From the NCBI GenBank assembly GCA_964247055.1, contig OZ176053.1, forward strand, positions 4,650,001 through 4,714,000: DNA of 64,000 bases, given 5' to 3'. Below the pieces are notes generated by a model. That model was given only the letters and a program-made list of their open reading frames with translations. It made no database searches and was not told the DNA's origin. How positions within the stretch are numbered: position 1 is the first letter of the stretch; every line of letters starts with the position of its first letter. Below, in pieces: positions 40,640 through 54,431 of the stretch. The stretch is from Paragordius varius. Taxonomy: Eukaryota > Animalia > Nematomorpha. The position numbers were made by a program, and so were the translations under genes.

Positions 40640-43600
40640 ATAAAAACAAATGCCCCTATCATATGGACACAATGATAACGCACAATCATATGTGTATTTA
40701 AGATAATCTAGGCAGTCAATGCTGCCTTTAGAATTAATTAATATATCCCAAAATTCGCATTCAAGTTTTTCATCCGATGATTCAAGCAGTAGTGGGAGTT
40801 CTCACAGTTACGGGCCATTACATTCACCCCTTCGCACACCTAGTCCACGGCGAAAAAGTCACCGATCATCCTTGATATCGGGTGTCAAGCTTGCCAGCGG
40901 CTTGCATCGGATTGATGAAACTCCCGGGGATATGAGCTGTATCATGAAGGTTATTGCTCCCAGAAGCCATCGTCAACGTGTATCACCCAATAGTCCTAGC
41001 ACAAAGCGACCACCCTCACCTATTCCTAATCGAAAAATTGTTACTGATAAAGTAAATTCTTGTGAATCAGCCACAAAGTTTATTTTTCCAACTCCCCCAA
41101 ATAAATCATTGGCTAAATTAATTTTAAAGCCCCGCGTTTCTCGTACACATTCTTTGGATAGTATAACAGAAGATTTTGGTGAATTTGATGAAAATTCTGA
41201 AGATGAATCAAAACATTACGACTCAGAAGAACAACTATCTATATCTACCTCCAAATCTGTTAACAATCATCATGCGTTTTTGCATAAACCTATTAATACC
41301 TCTAATAATAACAATAACAATGCAAAAAACAAGGTATGATCTTGTTTAAACATTATTTATACTTAACCCGATAATGATTGTTCTTATTTCAATGTTTAGC
41401 CAACATGCAGCGAATCTTCCACTATTCTCTTAAACGGGTCAAGTTGTGATGAAATGAAAAGTAAATTAGTTTTTATCTCGTGAAAAAAGTCCCAATTATG
41501 TTATATATAATATATTTATTTTTTGATTTAGTAAATCGTGATAAATCTTACTTCCTATGCACTATCCCGGTGACTTATTTTTCAAGCAGCCCCTTTGAAA
41601 GCAATGGGGCTTGTGGCTACAAAAATATTCAAATGTTAGTTTTGTCCATAAAGCAACTCTTAAACTCGTACAAAAAGGATGTTATAACCCCAGAATATTT
41701 GAAATCGCAACAATTTTATCCTCTCTTAGTTGGTAAGATTTATGGATAAAAACTTATTCTAAAATATATAAATTTTTATTCTATTATACTTATCACTAAT
41801 TAAAACATAATATAAACATATTAAATTTAAATGCAACTTATATAATTGTAATTTTTTACCAAATTATGTTACTATGTTAATTTGTGTGTGTATATATGTG
41901 TTGTTTTTATATATAATCAAGGTCTTACCAATTTAACTACTGCTTTTAATTGCACACCAATGTTGTATAAAAAATTATAATATATCGTATAACTAGCGAT
42001 GATAATTAAAACTAATATAAGTAATTTTAATTTAATTAGTATCATTTAATAATAATAAACATTGTTTTTGAACATTTTTATGTTAACTATTTTTCTATTT
42101 GTTTTAATTAGATGTTTCAAAACCCGCACCAGACATTGAATGTATACAGGAAATTATTGAAAGGGCCTGGTCTCAGGGTTGGGATGTCCCAGGATCTCAA
42201 CATTTTGAAAGCAAGTTAAGGGGAACTCATAAATGGATAGGCGCTACAGAAGTTTACACTTTTTTCTCGTACCTGGGCATCAGGTATTTAAATTTATATG
42301 GTTTATATATATATATATACATATATATTAGTAGAGATATTATTAACACATTTCTATAATATTATTAAAGAGTATGTTTTGTAGTTAAAACTAACTCTCT
42401 ACCTTTTTTATGTATTTGCACTATTACAATAAACGAAAACTCTAAATATTATGTTTAATCAAAGTTTAAAGACCTAATTCAATCAAAGTTAAAAGACTTG
42501 GCTGCTTTATAATTTTTTATTTACCATAACTTTTTAACATGTGTATACCGGACGGCTAAAATTTTACTTAGAAAGTCTAAAATCTGAAACATTCTTTTTG
42601 GATGAATCACCACATAGTTATTAACACATTTCAATTTCACCTTTTATATCTATTTGGTATAAAATATCCATTTAATATTTGTTTGATCAAATAACACTTT
42701 TTTAACGTATTTGTTTTATAATTATTTGAAAAAAGTACCTACCGATTTTGTAAAAAAATAATTTTATGCGCATAATAAAGCACCACACATCTATATTTAA
42801 TTTCGCTTGAAGCTACTCATTAAAATCGATTGATAGCTATATAATAATGTATTGATTATAAAAACAGCAATTAGCATAAAATAACTCGTATAATAATAAA
42901 AAATATTGTTAACTAAAAATATAATTGCAAGCGGTTAGATCTGTTAAAAAATATTTTCGGCAAGAAGGGTTTTTTTCACGCTGTGCGAACTTTTTTTCCA
43001 ATTTATTTTATCGATTCCCTAAAATTTTTTTAAGTACTTCAAAATTATTGTTATCAGAAATTTACCAATTTTAAAACAAAATATCGAAAAATTTATATAA
43101 TGACATACAAAAACATGGTTTAGGATGAAAAAATTTAAAAATTGGTTTGCTACATAATACACGGCAATTTCATTAAAACACAAACATCAAGTTTTTATGG
43201 GTTGTAATTAAATTCATTATAGTTCATGCAAACAAAAATTTTATATACATGCGTAATGAAAAAAGTTCGCCGGAATTACATATATTTTATATAGGTTAAA
43301 ATCTGACGCCTAAATCTAATATTTTTTTAATATTTTCAAACAATTACATCGAATGTCGTTATCGATGATTCTATTATTGCCAATAATCTTTCATGATCCT
43401 GATTGAAGAAAATAATATTATAAATTAACTTACGTTTTTTATCCTCTGTTGGCCACATTAACTTTTTGACGTCAACATTATTTTTTAAAAAGAATTTATA
43501 AATATCTATCCATGTGTCGTCAATTTTTTATAAATTAAGAAAAAATAGCGTGTGCATCGTTTTTCATGCATTTACTTTCATTTTCTACGTCGCTTAATAA

Positions 43601-44347
43601 AAGATTGAAGTTAAGCGTAAACGAATTATATTGAATTTCTAAATGTATAAAATTGGTAGTATTATAATAAAAATAAGGTATTATATTTTTTTAGTTATAT
43701 AAAAAATTAAAATATATTATTAATATCATTGTAATTATGGTTTTTTTTCAAATTTTCATAGATGCAATATTGTCGATTTTCATAAACCATCCAATGATCA
43801 AGGACAACACTCAGCTCTCCTTGAATGGATAAGTCAATACTTTTTGGGAAAGCATGATATGAACAGAATTATTTTACCATTTTATTTACAATACCAGGGT
43901 CACAGTTTTACCGTAATTGGCATTCGTGGCACAAAAACATCGTCTGATAAAAATGAAATCATAATTTTAGATCCTAACGATTGCACTAACTACTCTACTA
44001 CTCTTAATAAACATAAAAATCCAAGTATGGATGAATACCACAGGGAATTGGCGGAAGTTAATTCTAATTCACCGTTTAGTAATTTAATATTAATGAACAA
44101 TAAAGATTTAAGCTACAAATGTGTAAAGTATTTTTCATTGAAAGATTTGGTAGCATCCCAGTATCAAATTGTTCATTTTAACTTTGCGACCAAGGATAAT
44201 AATAAATTAACTGATCTTGAAAGCGATGAATCATCCATTACCAATTATAATGATATTATTGAAGATGCAGCAATAAAGTCCAGTGTATTTTTAAGTCAAG
44301 CAGAAAGGGAAATCACAAAGCAATTAAAATCTAGTCGTATACCATAA
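40640..44347 (+). CDS. ZUP1: ZUP1/ZUFSP (C78-family deubiquitinase); 5' end uncertain
   Basis: Exons (40640-40691 tentative), 40712-41333, 41400-41460, 41532-41732, 42112-42283, 43762-44347. Catalytic motifs GACGYKNIQML, KWIGATEV, YLQYQGHSFTVIGI, ILDP and a C-terminal RIP like human KIP. Confidence 0.88.
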
Positions 44348-44526
44348 ATATAATGTCAGAATTTATCTGATATGATGATGTATGAATAATTGCAAATCGA
44401 TACAATGAATTATATCTATTTATGTATTTATTTATTAGTTTATGCATAATAATTTAGATTTATATATTTTTAATATACATTTCTTATGCAAAGCCGGTGT
44501 TTTTTCGGTTATTATACCTTTATACC

Positions 44527-44552
<26 letters not shown>
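44527..44552. repeat. (TA)n microsatellite
   Basis: About 13 TA units. Similar tracts at about 16473, 16553, 36299, 55132 and 59280. Confidence 0.9.
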
Positions 44553-44557
<5 letters not shown>

Positions 44558-45559
44558 ATTTGGTAACATTTGTTAGTTGATCTCTTTACAATTGATTTTT
44601 TATGTTTGTATGATTAATGATAATTGTTCTTGTACGGATACTTATATACTATTGTTTAAAGAGTCATATAATTAGATAGTTTATATCCAAAAAATAAATA
44701 TCATATTAATTTATTTATATTTCAATGTCGGGCTCAAAATCAACGGTCGTACAAAATGGCCATAATATAGCATATATCGGAATTTCTTGTCATGTTGGCT
44801 TTCAATTCATTAAAAAAGTTTAATCATGCTCCCAAAAGTCGGAATAATTTAAAATATATTTTTGAGTGGATGCTTAATATTTTATTATAAATTATTTGGT
44901 GTATTTGAAAAGAGCAAAACAATGTAACTATTCAATTTTGTTTTTTGTACCGTTGAGATTAGCGTCTGTTGAAATAAACGCAGCCGGAAAGCTAATTTTT
45001 ATGAGATAATAGCTTTAAAATCAGTTGATTTTTTTAAAAAAATTAATTTTATCATTTCTTGAGGATAATTTATTTAAAGCTTGTATTAAAGTATACATGT
45101 AATTGAAAAAAATAGAAAAATGTAAAAACATTATATCCAATATTTAATACTACAGAAGATGTCCATTATTTCAGATCAGTCAAAGACTATGAAAGCCGCC
45201 AATTTTTACTTGAGTTGGTAACACAATTTAAATCAAGTAAAGATTAATGGCGAAAGAGTATCAAAATATAATCTTAAATTAAAATATATTTATATAATGA
45301 AAAGTTTTTTTTAAATAATTTCATTTTCTTTGGTTTTCTACCCCAATGTATTTTTATGACACTATCTTAAAAAATAGGTTTTATATGGGGCCCAATAATA
45401 TACTATGTTAAATTGTAAAAAATCCTGATCTCAATCTTTTTGCCGCCAAATATTTTTTTGGATTTTTTCTTTTATCAAAAATTATAAAAATATTTGTGAT
45501 CGAAAAATAAAACTGACTTTGAATGTTCTTTGACAGAAAATTGGGATGATTGTCAACAT

Positions 45560-45900
45560 TGGCCGTCTGATTTAAATTGATTTATAGCCCAAATTGGTTT
45601 TAATAAATCTCTAGAAAGAATCTCTCTCTATGTTAAATGCCACCATATTAATACGTTCTTTGCTAATCGGTGAACCTCTGAGACTCGATTCCATCATGGT
45701 TCTAGTGTATATCGTTTATCACTTTAACTGTTAAATGCGATTCCAAACATAATATATAATACTAAACATTTCACGGGAAACGTTTAGTACATTGCCTTTA
45801 TTTATTTAACCGATTATGCTGGTGGCACTTCTAAAAAACTCCTGTATTCACCCCCACACGACTAAACACGATATGAGTAAACTTCTTCTATCGTCAGTCC
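45560..45900 (-). mobile_element. Possible heavily decayed CR1/L2-like LINE fragment
   Basis: Less AT-rich patch with a faint broken echo of the VWxPHL..LExVQRRFT motif. Weak evidence. Confidence 0.25.
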
Positions 45901-46259
45901 AAAAAAGATCCCATATTTAATTAAACTGTATATCATTTTTTCAAGGAAATTTTCTGAATGTTTCATCCCTACAGACATCTATATATTAAATATGGAATGT
46001 CGGAGCTGAAGCAATTATCTGAGTATACGCTTATCTATAAAATAAACTTTTTTTACATTATAGATGCGTCTAAAGTACCGACTTTTTAAACAGAATTATA
46101 GATAAATATGGGCGATAATATGTACGGGAGCTTATATTGAATTACAATAAATTAAATTTGTTTCTGTATAACGATACTAAACTAAAAGGATGACTAAAAA
46201 CATGCACGAGATGGTACGACATTTTTATTTACACAGTGTCCACAAAAAAGTATTTTAAT

Positions 46260-48480
46260 CAATTATATATGTTCTAATAGGAAAATGTCAGGTTTACCAT
46301 GGTAGTTTTGGCCCTTACGGGTGATTTAAGAAAGATTTACACGTTTGTGGCAAGTGCTCCATATGAGGAAATGACAAAATTTGCGCATATGTATGAATTT
46401 TTTTTGGTGAAAGCTAAATGCTTCATTCCAAAATATCACAAAATATCATAAACATATTAAAAGTAAAAAAATATTTTTTTTAAAAAAATTTAAATCTTAC
46501 ATATGGGCTCCGAAAATATTTTGGCACCCGCCAAAATGGACAATTTTTTTAAAAACGCATAAAAACCGAGATTTTACGACAATATTTTTTAATATGTGGT
46601 AGACATTAAAAAAATATTTTCCGAAAAAATGGATAATTGCTTAAAATTTTAATTTATGGCAAAATTTTCGTAAAGCGAATTCAATGTTTTGAAGCATGGT
46701 GGAAACAGCTTAAAATCACCATAAGATATTATAAAAAGGCTTTTGCTATATAATTCCTGATAATGAACATTTCTATCACATCCGAACTTTTATCTAAAGG
46801 TTTGTTTGTTTGCTTTTAAATTTTGACTTTAAATCGTAAGGATTTTTTGTTGAGATGCAACTTGAATATAACTCAATATTTGTTAATGTAAATTTTAATT
46901 ATAAATATGACCTGGTAGAAATGTTCTGAATTATCTAATTACACAGATCCCCAAATGACTCTGCATGGTAATGGGTCTACGCCAGGGCTGCGCTTTATCG
47001 CCTATTTTATTTAATGCATAATGAAAAACTTACCCGATACAGTCGGCAACATCGGAGGTTGTGATCTAATTTCTATTCAATTATGTAGACGATACGGTTA
47101 TCTTCACAGACAACCCAAGCTCATTATCGATGATACTGCAACATTTTATGAGTGTCAAAAATATGGTCTATACATTAATCTTTCAAAAACAAAAATATTG
47201 CAAAATACCGTTGCTAGCTTCAGTAAATAACTGGCATTCTACTGAAATAGGCAAAAGCTACACATATCTGTGACATAAGAATTGTACTCCCGAGATTAAA
47301 GACCAAAAGGTCACAAGTAATAATAATAAAATTTGGGCATCCTATGCAATTGTTCTCCAACTTTTCTTTACGAGAGTGAAGGTTTTAACCTAAGAACGGA
47401 TAATAAATTTCTTTGATGGGTGTGGAGAAAATCATTCAAAGAAAATGGACGAACAATATAACTACAAACACAATTTTAAATAAAATCTATACCAATATGC
47501 CAACGCTTGGAATGTCCATCCGCACTAATATCCTATTTTGGTCTTATAAGTCTCATTGGAATTGATGTGGAAAAGGTGTATGGTACACTTAAAAGGGGCC
47601 GAAAAAGAATAACGTGGATGGACATTATTCTAAAAAAGCTCAATGTTTTTATTTAAAAATAATCATCAAAAAATATATGATATAGTATATTTGAAAGCAA
47701 AAAATATTAAATAAAACTTGAATTTTTAGATGTGGGCCCGGAAAGTCCCATTTGCTTTGTAAAATGGGTTAGCTCTCTTAAAATAAAAAAATCCCGAGAT
47801 TTCGCGATAAGTTATGCTAGATTATGGCATCAAAAAATCATATTTTTAAACATCTTTTGTTCAAAAATTTAATTTTTAGCGAAATTGATGCTGAATCTCA
47901 AAATTTGGATTTAAATATTCGGTCGTCTTCAAATTTAAGTATAAATTGTTTTTAAGAAAAACCAAAATTAAAAGCAAACGAATTTTCAAATTATAATTCT
48001 GATATAACAGAAACGTTAAGTTTCATCGAATTATGTAGAAAAAGTGTATTTATACCGTTTCCACCATGCTTCAAAATAAACTTGCCTCAGCGAAATTTTG
48101 GTACAAATTTAATTAGCAAATTATCCCTTTTTCGGAATCGTCAAAATGCATATTTTTATTACGCCTTGGCATTTTTATGTTTATTTTAAGATAACTAACC
48201 GAATTTAGGAAGGAAGAAAAAATTGAGACATAAATTTGAAAAATATTGTAGAGCTTGTTATATGTAGTTTATAATGTATTTACTAATATTTTTGGAGTAA
48301 AACATTTAGCTTTCGTTAAAAAAAGATTATTTTACAAAATGTACCAGAATTCCATTTTCTGATATAAAATTATTACCACAAAAGTGTAAATAACTTACTT
48401 AAATCACTCGTAAGGGCCAAAATCAAAAGCACGTAATCTTGATGCATTTATCACTCAAAATACATCAGGATATTTGTGGA
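46260..48480. mobile_element. Foldback element (family C) with internal RTE fragment
   Basis: Left arm (ttttggcccttacg 46305, tttgaagcatggtggaaac 46688) and right arm (ccgtttccaccatgcttcaaaa 48056, cgtaagggccaaaa 48409). Confidence 0.6.
46960..47640 (+). mobile_element. Decayed RTE-like LINE fragment
   Basis: Remnants DDTVIFTD..YGLYINLSKTKIL (about 47090-47200) and KVYGTLKRGRKRITWMD (about 47572-47625). Frameshifted. Confidence 0.7.
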
Positions 48481-48705
48481 CAATATGAATAGTTTATGAT
48501 ATTACTTAGTGATATTTAATGGATCAAAGAACTTATACAAAAAAATTATATAGCAAAATGTAAGCAAAATTTTTACTTTTCTATCACAAAAGTGGTAACA
48601 TTCTTATCTCACTCCTAAGGCCTAAAATCGAAAGTCCATGAGAATCATGATATATTAATCAATCAAATATATTCCTCGGCATACTTCGTGTGTTTGCGTT
48701 ATAGT

Positions 48706-51117
48706 TAAGGTGACCAGATTTTTTGAAGGAAAAAGCGGGACAAATCAGAGAAAGGGGGGGCATGGAGGGGGTACGGCCAAAAATTTTTATACAAAAAATT
48801 TATTGTAATATTTATTTATTTTTAACACAAAAACATTATAAATATAAAAAATTTTATATTGGTTGGTTGAGTGAATGCGTTTTAGCAGATTGTCATAATT
48901 TTTTAAAATATTGTAGAAATCTTCACAAGAATTTGTCAAATTATGTATGACAGATAAAATGGCCTTTAAAGTTTTAACATTCAAATTTAATTTTTCCGAT
49001 GTCCCGACCTGATTTACTGTGGAAAAAACGCGCTCATTAGCAGCGTTGGTTCCAAGTAAAGATAGTGCAAATTCACAATTTTTAAAATATTATTTTATGG
49101 AACATAGTTTGTTTCAAAATGATGAAACATTTCTAACCATTTCTTTTCTACTGTATTTTTTTCTGTTTATAATTTAAGTTTTTCATTATTAATATATTTT
49201 ATAACTAATGATAATTCTGAAAAAAAGATTATTTTCTAAAAGGTTACTTTTTGGGAATTTTCGGGAGATGCAGATGTAACCAAATGATTTTTGAACATCG
49301 CACCAATTAAATTCTGGTTTTAATGATATCCAATAAAACAATTTCATTGAATAGCACCGTCCAGTCTTCCAAATGATCTACAGCTTGTATAAAACATTTT
49401 TATATGGTACAGGATACTTGGGGATAAATTAAGCCTTGTTTTTCTAACTTATTTATAATATTGCGGATGGTTACTGATAAAAATTATTTTCTAACCTTTC
49501 TTGACATTGGAATTTCCGGTTACTAACTTCATTGGCTACTTCGATTCCCGAATTTTTGTCACCTTCTATCAATTTAATAACATGTTGAAAGAGAGAAGCA
49601 TGATTATGTAGGAACTCTAACCATATTTTTGAAGAATCACTTTTAAAAAACTTTTCCAAAGTTTGTTCTGTGAAAAAAAAACGATTTTAAAGGATATTTT
49701 TAAAATTGTTTCTAGAGCTGGCAGAAGAGCTAACCAACGAGTTTTACAATATCCAAGCATTTTTTGATATTGAACTTCTGCATTTTCACAGAATTCTTTA
49801 AGCGTTTCAACTCGTGTGTATATAAAATTAGAAATATATATTAACAACTACATTTTTCACATCTAGGGATAACAAATCAGCAGCTGTTTGAATAGCGTTT
49901 GCGCTGCACACCCAACGTCAATAATGTTTTGATTAAGATTATCTGCTAATTTATGAAAATTATTTTTTGTTCCCCTCCTTGCTTTTCTACCGAAGTTGTA
50001 TTGGTGTTGTCAGCGCAATATGCGATGATTTTGTCATTATTTTTTTCAAGAATATTCATTATTGAAGTAAAAATTATGCTGGAATTTACACCGGGTAGAG
50101 AAATAAAATAAATTTTAATTAAACTCCGGTTTCTGGACCAATATATCGTATTAAAGTGGGAAATAATTTTGTTTCCTGATTTGATACATCAGTCAGCAAA
50201 TCTTTTTGTGTTTCAGAAAATGCATGTGACGAAAGGACATTGCATACAATGGCTTCAGCCTTTGAACGGGCACGAATAACCTGTGAGGTACATTCCATAG
50301 ATCTAAAGGAATGTTTGTAATTAACGGCGTGAAAAGACAAAACGCATTCGGCTAGTCCCAAATTTTTTTCTTCTTTTTCCAAAAGCGGTTTAAAATCGCC
50401 CATTTTGTAGATGATGCCGTCACATCTAAACATCGTTTATGTTTCTGTGTTTTCATATGCTTTGTAATATCATGCTTGCAGCCATGTGCTAGGGTGAATT
50501 CCCCCTCGCATAAAGAACATTTAACAAATGATTCGTTTTTCGTTTTTTTAATAAAAGGAAAATCTTTCATTAATTCATCGTTGAATTTACAACCTCTTTT
50601 TGTACTCATATTTTTAAACTAATATAGGATAAAAAATATAATATTGCCTTAATTTTCTGGAGTAAACGTATAAGCTACCGATTTGTTGTATTAATTTGTT
50701 TTTTTAATAATGTTGGCAGGTAATATAACTAAAATATTAGTATAAAAAAATATTTTATTACCTTAATTTTCTGGAGTAAACGTATAAGCTACCAATTTGT
50801 GGTATTTATTTGTATTTTGATAATGTTGGCAGTAGGATTAGAAAGCAAAATGTATAATCATATGATATATGTTCGAAAAAATAAATATTTTAATTTAAAA
50901 ATAAAAAATCTCAATTTAAAATTAATATAGATTTTAAAGCTAACTAATGATAAAAAATTTAAACGGATAAATAAATTTTTTATAATAAATTTAAATGTAT
51001 TAAAAAAAAATTTTATAATCGTGAAAAAGCGGGACATTTCAAAAACGCAGCGGGACGCGGGACAAAGTGTGAGAAAGCGGGACTGTCCCGCCAAAAGCGG
51101 GACGTCTGGTCACCTTA
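48706..51117 (-). mobile_element. hAT DNA transposon, internally deleted and frameshifted
   Basis: TIR TAAGGTGACCAGA at both ends. Perfect 8-bp TSD GTTATAGT. Subterminal GCGGGAC repeats. Transposase pieces on the minus strand: zinc finger CSLC..H...H (50609-50352), FHAVNYKHSFRSMEC, CKTRWLALLPA. Confidence 0.92.
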
Positions 51118-52606
51118 GTTATAGTGCAATCTCGGCCGTTTTGCCTTAATTTTTAAAACCAATTTTAGTCCAATGAAGACTTTTGTCCACATCTAAAAGA
51201 TAAAATTATGACCACAAATTGTTTTGATTATAAATTTTATTATATTTCTGTTTTGAAATTGAATATATATCTTGTTCAAATCCTGGTCTATTGAAATCAA
51301 ATATCTATTTAAAAATAAAAAGTATTAAATCCATTACAAAAATTTTCATTTTATATTACAGTAAAAGGCGCCAAAAATATTTATAAAACATTGTTCATAC
51401 TTAATATTTTTTAACGTTTTTTGAAAAAATTAAATGCATGAACTAGAATATTGCATCTTACTTCTGTGTTTTTTTTTTCCGCCATGAATATTTCCTATTG
51501 TAATAAATAAATTAACTAGATTTTAAGCAATACAATCCAAAAAGCAATATTTTTCCAAGTTTATAAATTCTTTTTGATAGTAGTTGGATATAGAACTTTT
51601 TCTCATAGCTAAGATTTCTCAAAACTTTTTACCATATTTTAATATTTTTAATTAAAATAAACACATATATTCTAAAAGGAATCTCTCTCTATAATTGGTG
51701 GTTTCTGTTATCCCATTTTATAGTTGGGCTGGGGTATCTATTTGCCTCATTTAAAATAAGAATAAATTTGAGCTGATTATATTTTTAATGTAGAGCAATT
51801 GGCACGAGATTTTTGACCCCTAAACCACAACACCGAGAGAATCCTATGAATTTTCTCAACATAATATATACATTTTTAAATTTTTGCACCCCCGATTTTG
51901 TGACTGTGTATATGAACACTTGATCACATTTTCATTTCTTGCCTGTAATGATGTATTGGGGTAGTTTGATGTCCCAAAACCTTAAATAAATTACTGTTTT
52001 ATAAAGTTATTTTCGTTAAAATTTAAATATCAACCATTATTGTCCTATTTTATATGAAAAAATTATATTTTTCACATTCCAGAGTCTAAAATTGACACGC
52101 CAAAATATGATCAAAATAAATAGGTAATTTAAAATGATATATCAATTATTGCTACTAAAATATAGCCTAGAAACTTTATAAAGTTAATTTATTCACATTT
52201 TCTACCAAATTCACATTTTGCCTGTTAAATAGCGATTTAAAAAATGTGGGCGAAAAGTTTGAAATGAGGATTTTTTTACAATTTTACATTTTAAAATTTA
52301 AAGCATGCGCTTAAAATGTAATTAAAGCATATTTTTGGCAAAAAATTTCAATTTTTTTAGATATTTAAATCTTAAATCGATGAGGAATATAAATATAAAC
52401 ACACATTAAAAACTAACGAATTGAATTTGATATGATTCATTTGCCATAAAAGTTCTGATAACTTTTTAAGATCTGATAGCCTAAAAACCATATAAAAATC
52501 TATATTATTCTAACATCAGGATATTTTTTTACTATGTATACCCAAATAAAACTTTAATAACATTATATTTTATATTTAAGGTGTGAGGACTGCGGAGCTT
52601 CTTATA

Positions 52607-53640
52607 TTAACACTTGGATAAAACACCATTTCAGTCCTTCGATTAAATTTGGGTAGTTGGATACTTCAGGCCTGTTTAAAATTAAATACTCTAAAAAATA
52701 TGGAAGGAATCTAAATCATGGCAAAACTTTGCACCTATACAACATTAATAAACCGAAATATGTATCAAAAATACTTAATATTACTTATTTTAATGTAAAA
52801 CCGGGTAAATATTTAGTCAACGTAACATATGGGCATTGGCTAAATAAAAAAATAATACAAAACCATGTTTTATTTCTATCAATTTTTGATATAGTTTAAA
52901 TAAACAATTAGCCTTAATTTTAACGTTAAAATCCAATAAACCGATATTTTTCAAAAAAATTTGTAAAATAAAAATGACATCCAAGTAGTTTGACATGGAA
53001 CCTTTTTTCCAAAACAAAATTTTATTGAAATATTTTGGCTTTTATTTAATTTTTATTTGGATAAAGACATAATTTTAAATTGGGACTACTTCCTTCAGTA
53101 GTAAAAATATTAATTAAACACTTGGATACAGCATATTCTTTTCAGTCCTTCGATTCAAATTGGGGTAGTTAAAATTTTGCACATATATTACATCAATAAA
53201 CAAAAATACTTAAATTTTAATTACTTGATATTACTTAATTTAAGCTAAACCCGAAAGGTAAACATGACATGTGTGCAATGGTAAAATTGAAAAATAATAC
53301 AAAATAAACCGCTTTTTCTATTTCTATCAATGTCAGATCTAATTTAAATAAAAAATAGCTTTAATTTTATCCTTAAAATTAAATAGAGACAATATTTTGC
53401 AAAAATTTGCAAAATAAAATGGCGCGAAGTAGTTCATGGAACTTTTTTTTGAGAACAAAATTTTATTTCATATATTTTGGCATATTTTAGAAGTATAAAT
53501 TTAATTGGGATCATTTCCTTCAGTGGTTTTTTAAAAATCCTCACTTAAATTTAGTCTGGGGTATTTAAACTCAAATCTGAATCAAAGTGTCAAATTTAGT
53601 CTGGGGTATTTAGATACCCCAATTCGAATCGAAGTGTTAA
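52607..53640 (+). mobile_element. Two tandem piggyBac-type MITEs (family A): 52607-about 53100 (right end lost) and 53114-53640 (right end duplicated)
   Basis: TTAACACTTGGATA starts at 52607 and about 53114. Final terminus ATCGAAGTGTTAA at 53628-53640 is preceded by a second partial copy of the right end. Confidence 0.8.
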
Positions 53641-53685
53641 AAAGTTTTTAAATAAATACTGTGCATCTGTTGATCCGTATGCATT

Positions 53686-54021
53686 ATGTCACGGGCCACT
53701 AGGGCTGAAACACGAAACAAAGCAAAGGAAGATATTAAACGATACATCCAGTTAATTGAACGCGTTAGAAAATGGGAAAAAAAGTGGGTTACGATAGGAG
53801 ATACCAATCTTAAAGTATACAAATGGGTTCCAGTATCCAAGGCAGTTTTCAAATATGACAAAACCAATTTAACAAAAGATCCGCAGTTTTCTACCGATAC
53901 CAATGTTTTATCAAATATGACTGTTTCTTATAACTATCCCAAACGAAGTCTTGGCCTTCTTGATAAGCTATATCCCAAAATTATTAAAAATACTGAGTTA
54001 GCTGTGATGCAAAATGGTTGA
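53686..54021 (+). CDS. BCL7: BCL7-family protein (SWI/SNF BAF subunit), 111 aa, apparently intronless
   Basis: [50 protein letters not shown] matches the conserved BCL7 N-terminal domain. Confidence 0.92.
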   Translation: MSRATRAETRNKAKEDIKRYIQLIERVRKWEKKWVTIGDTNLKVYKWVPVSKAVFKYDKTNLTKDPQFSTDTNVLSNMTVSYNYPKRSLGLLDKLYPKIIKNTELAVMQNG

Positions 54022-54157
54022 CAGATATTTAAACATATATCTTATTTGTAAATATATCAAATTTATATATAATATTTTGTTAAATAAATAAAATATCTAG
54101 CTCTGTAATTATAATAAAATTTTTATTGTTTTTTAGTGGAAAACATGGCTTTTAATG

Positions 54158-54431
54158 CAGTGGTACCAAAAAATTTTGCGGGCCACAAGGCATATTTATA
54201 GCGAATACTCGTGTTAAACATTTAAATATATTAAATTAATTAATACATTATATAAAATGGCCATATCCTTGTGTTTTTATCATTGACACTAAAATTAATA
54301 ATAAAATTGGTATTGACCCGCATATGTGTCTTTAATTCTACCATATGAAATTTAAATATTTGCGAAATCGATGGGCAAATTTCAGTTTGAGGGCCTCGTA
54401 AAGCCCGTGAGCAGCGCTTTAAGTACCACTT
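54158..54431. mobile_element. Degenerate hAT MITE related to the 22787 element
   Basis: CAGTGGTACC left end and AGTACCACT right end. TSD only partly matches. Confidence 0.55.
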
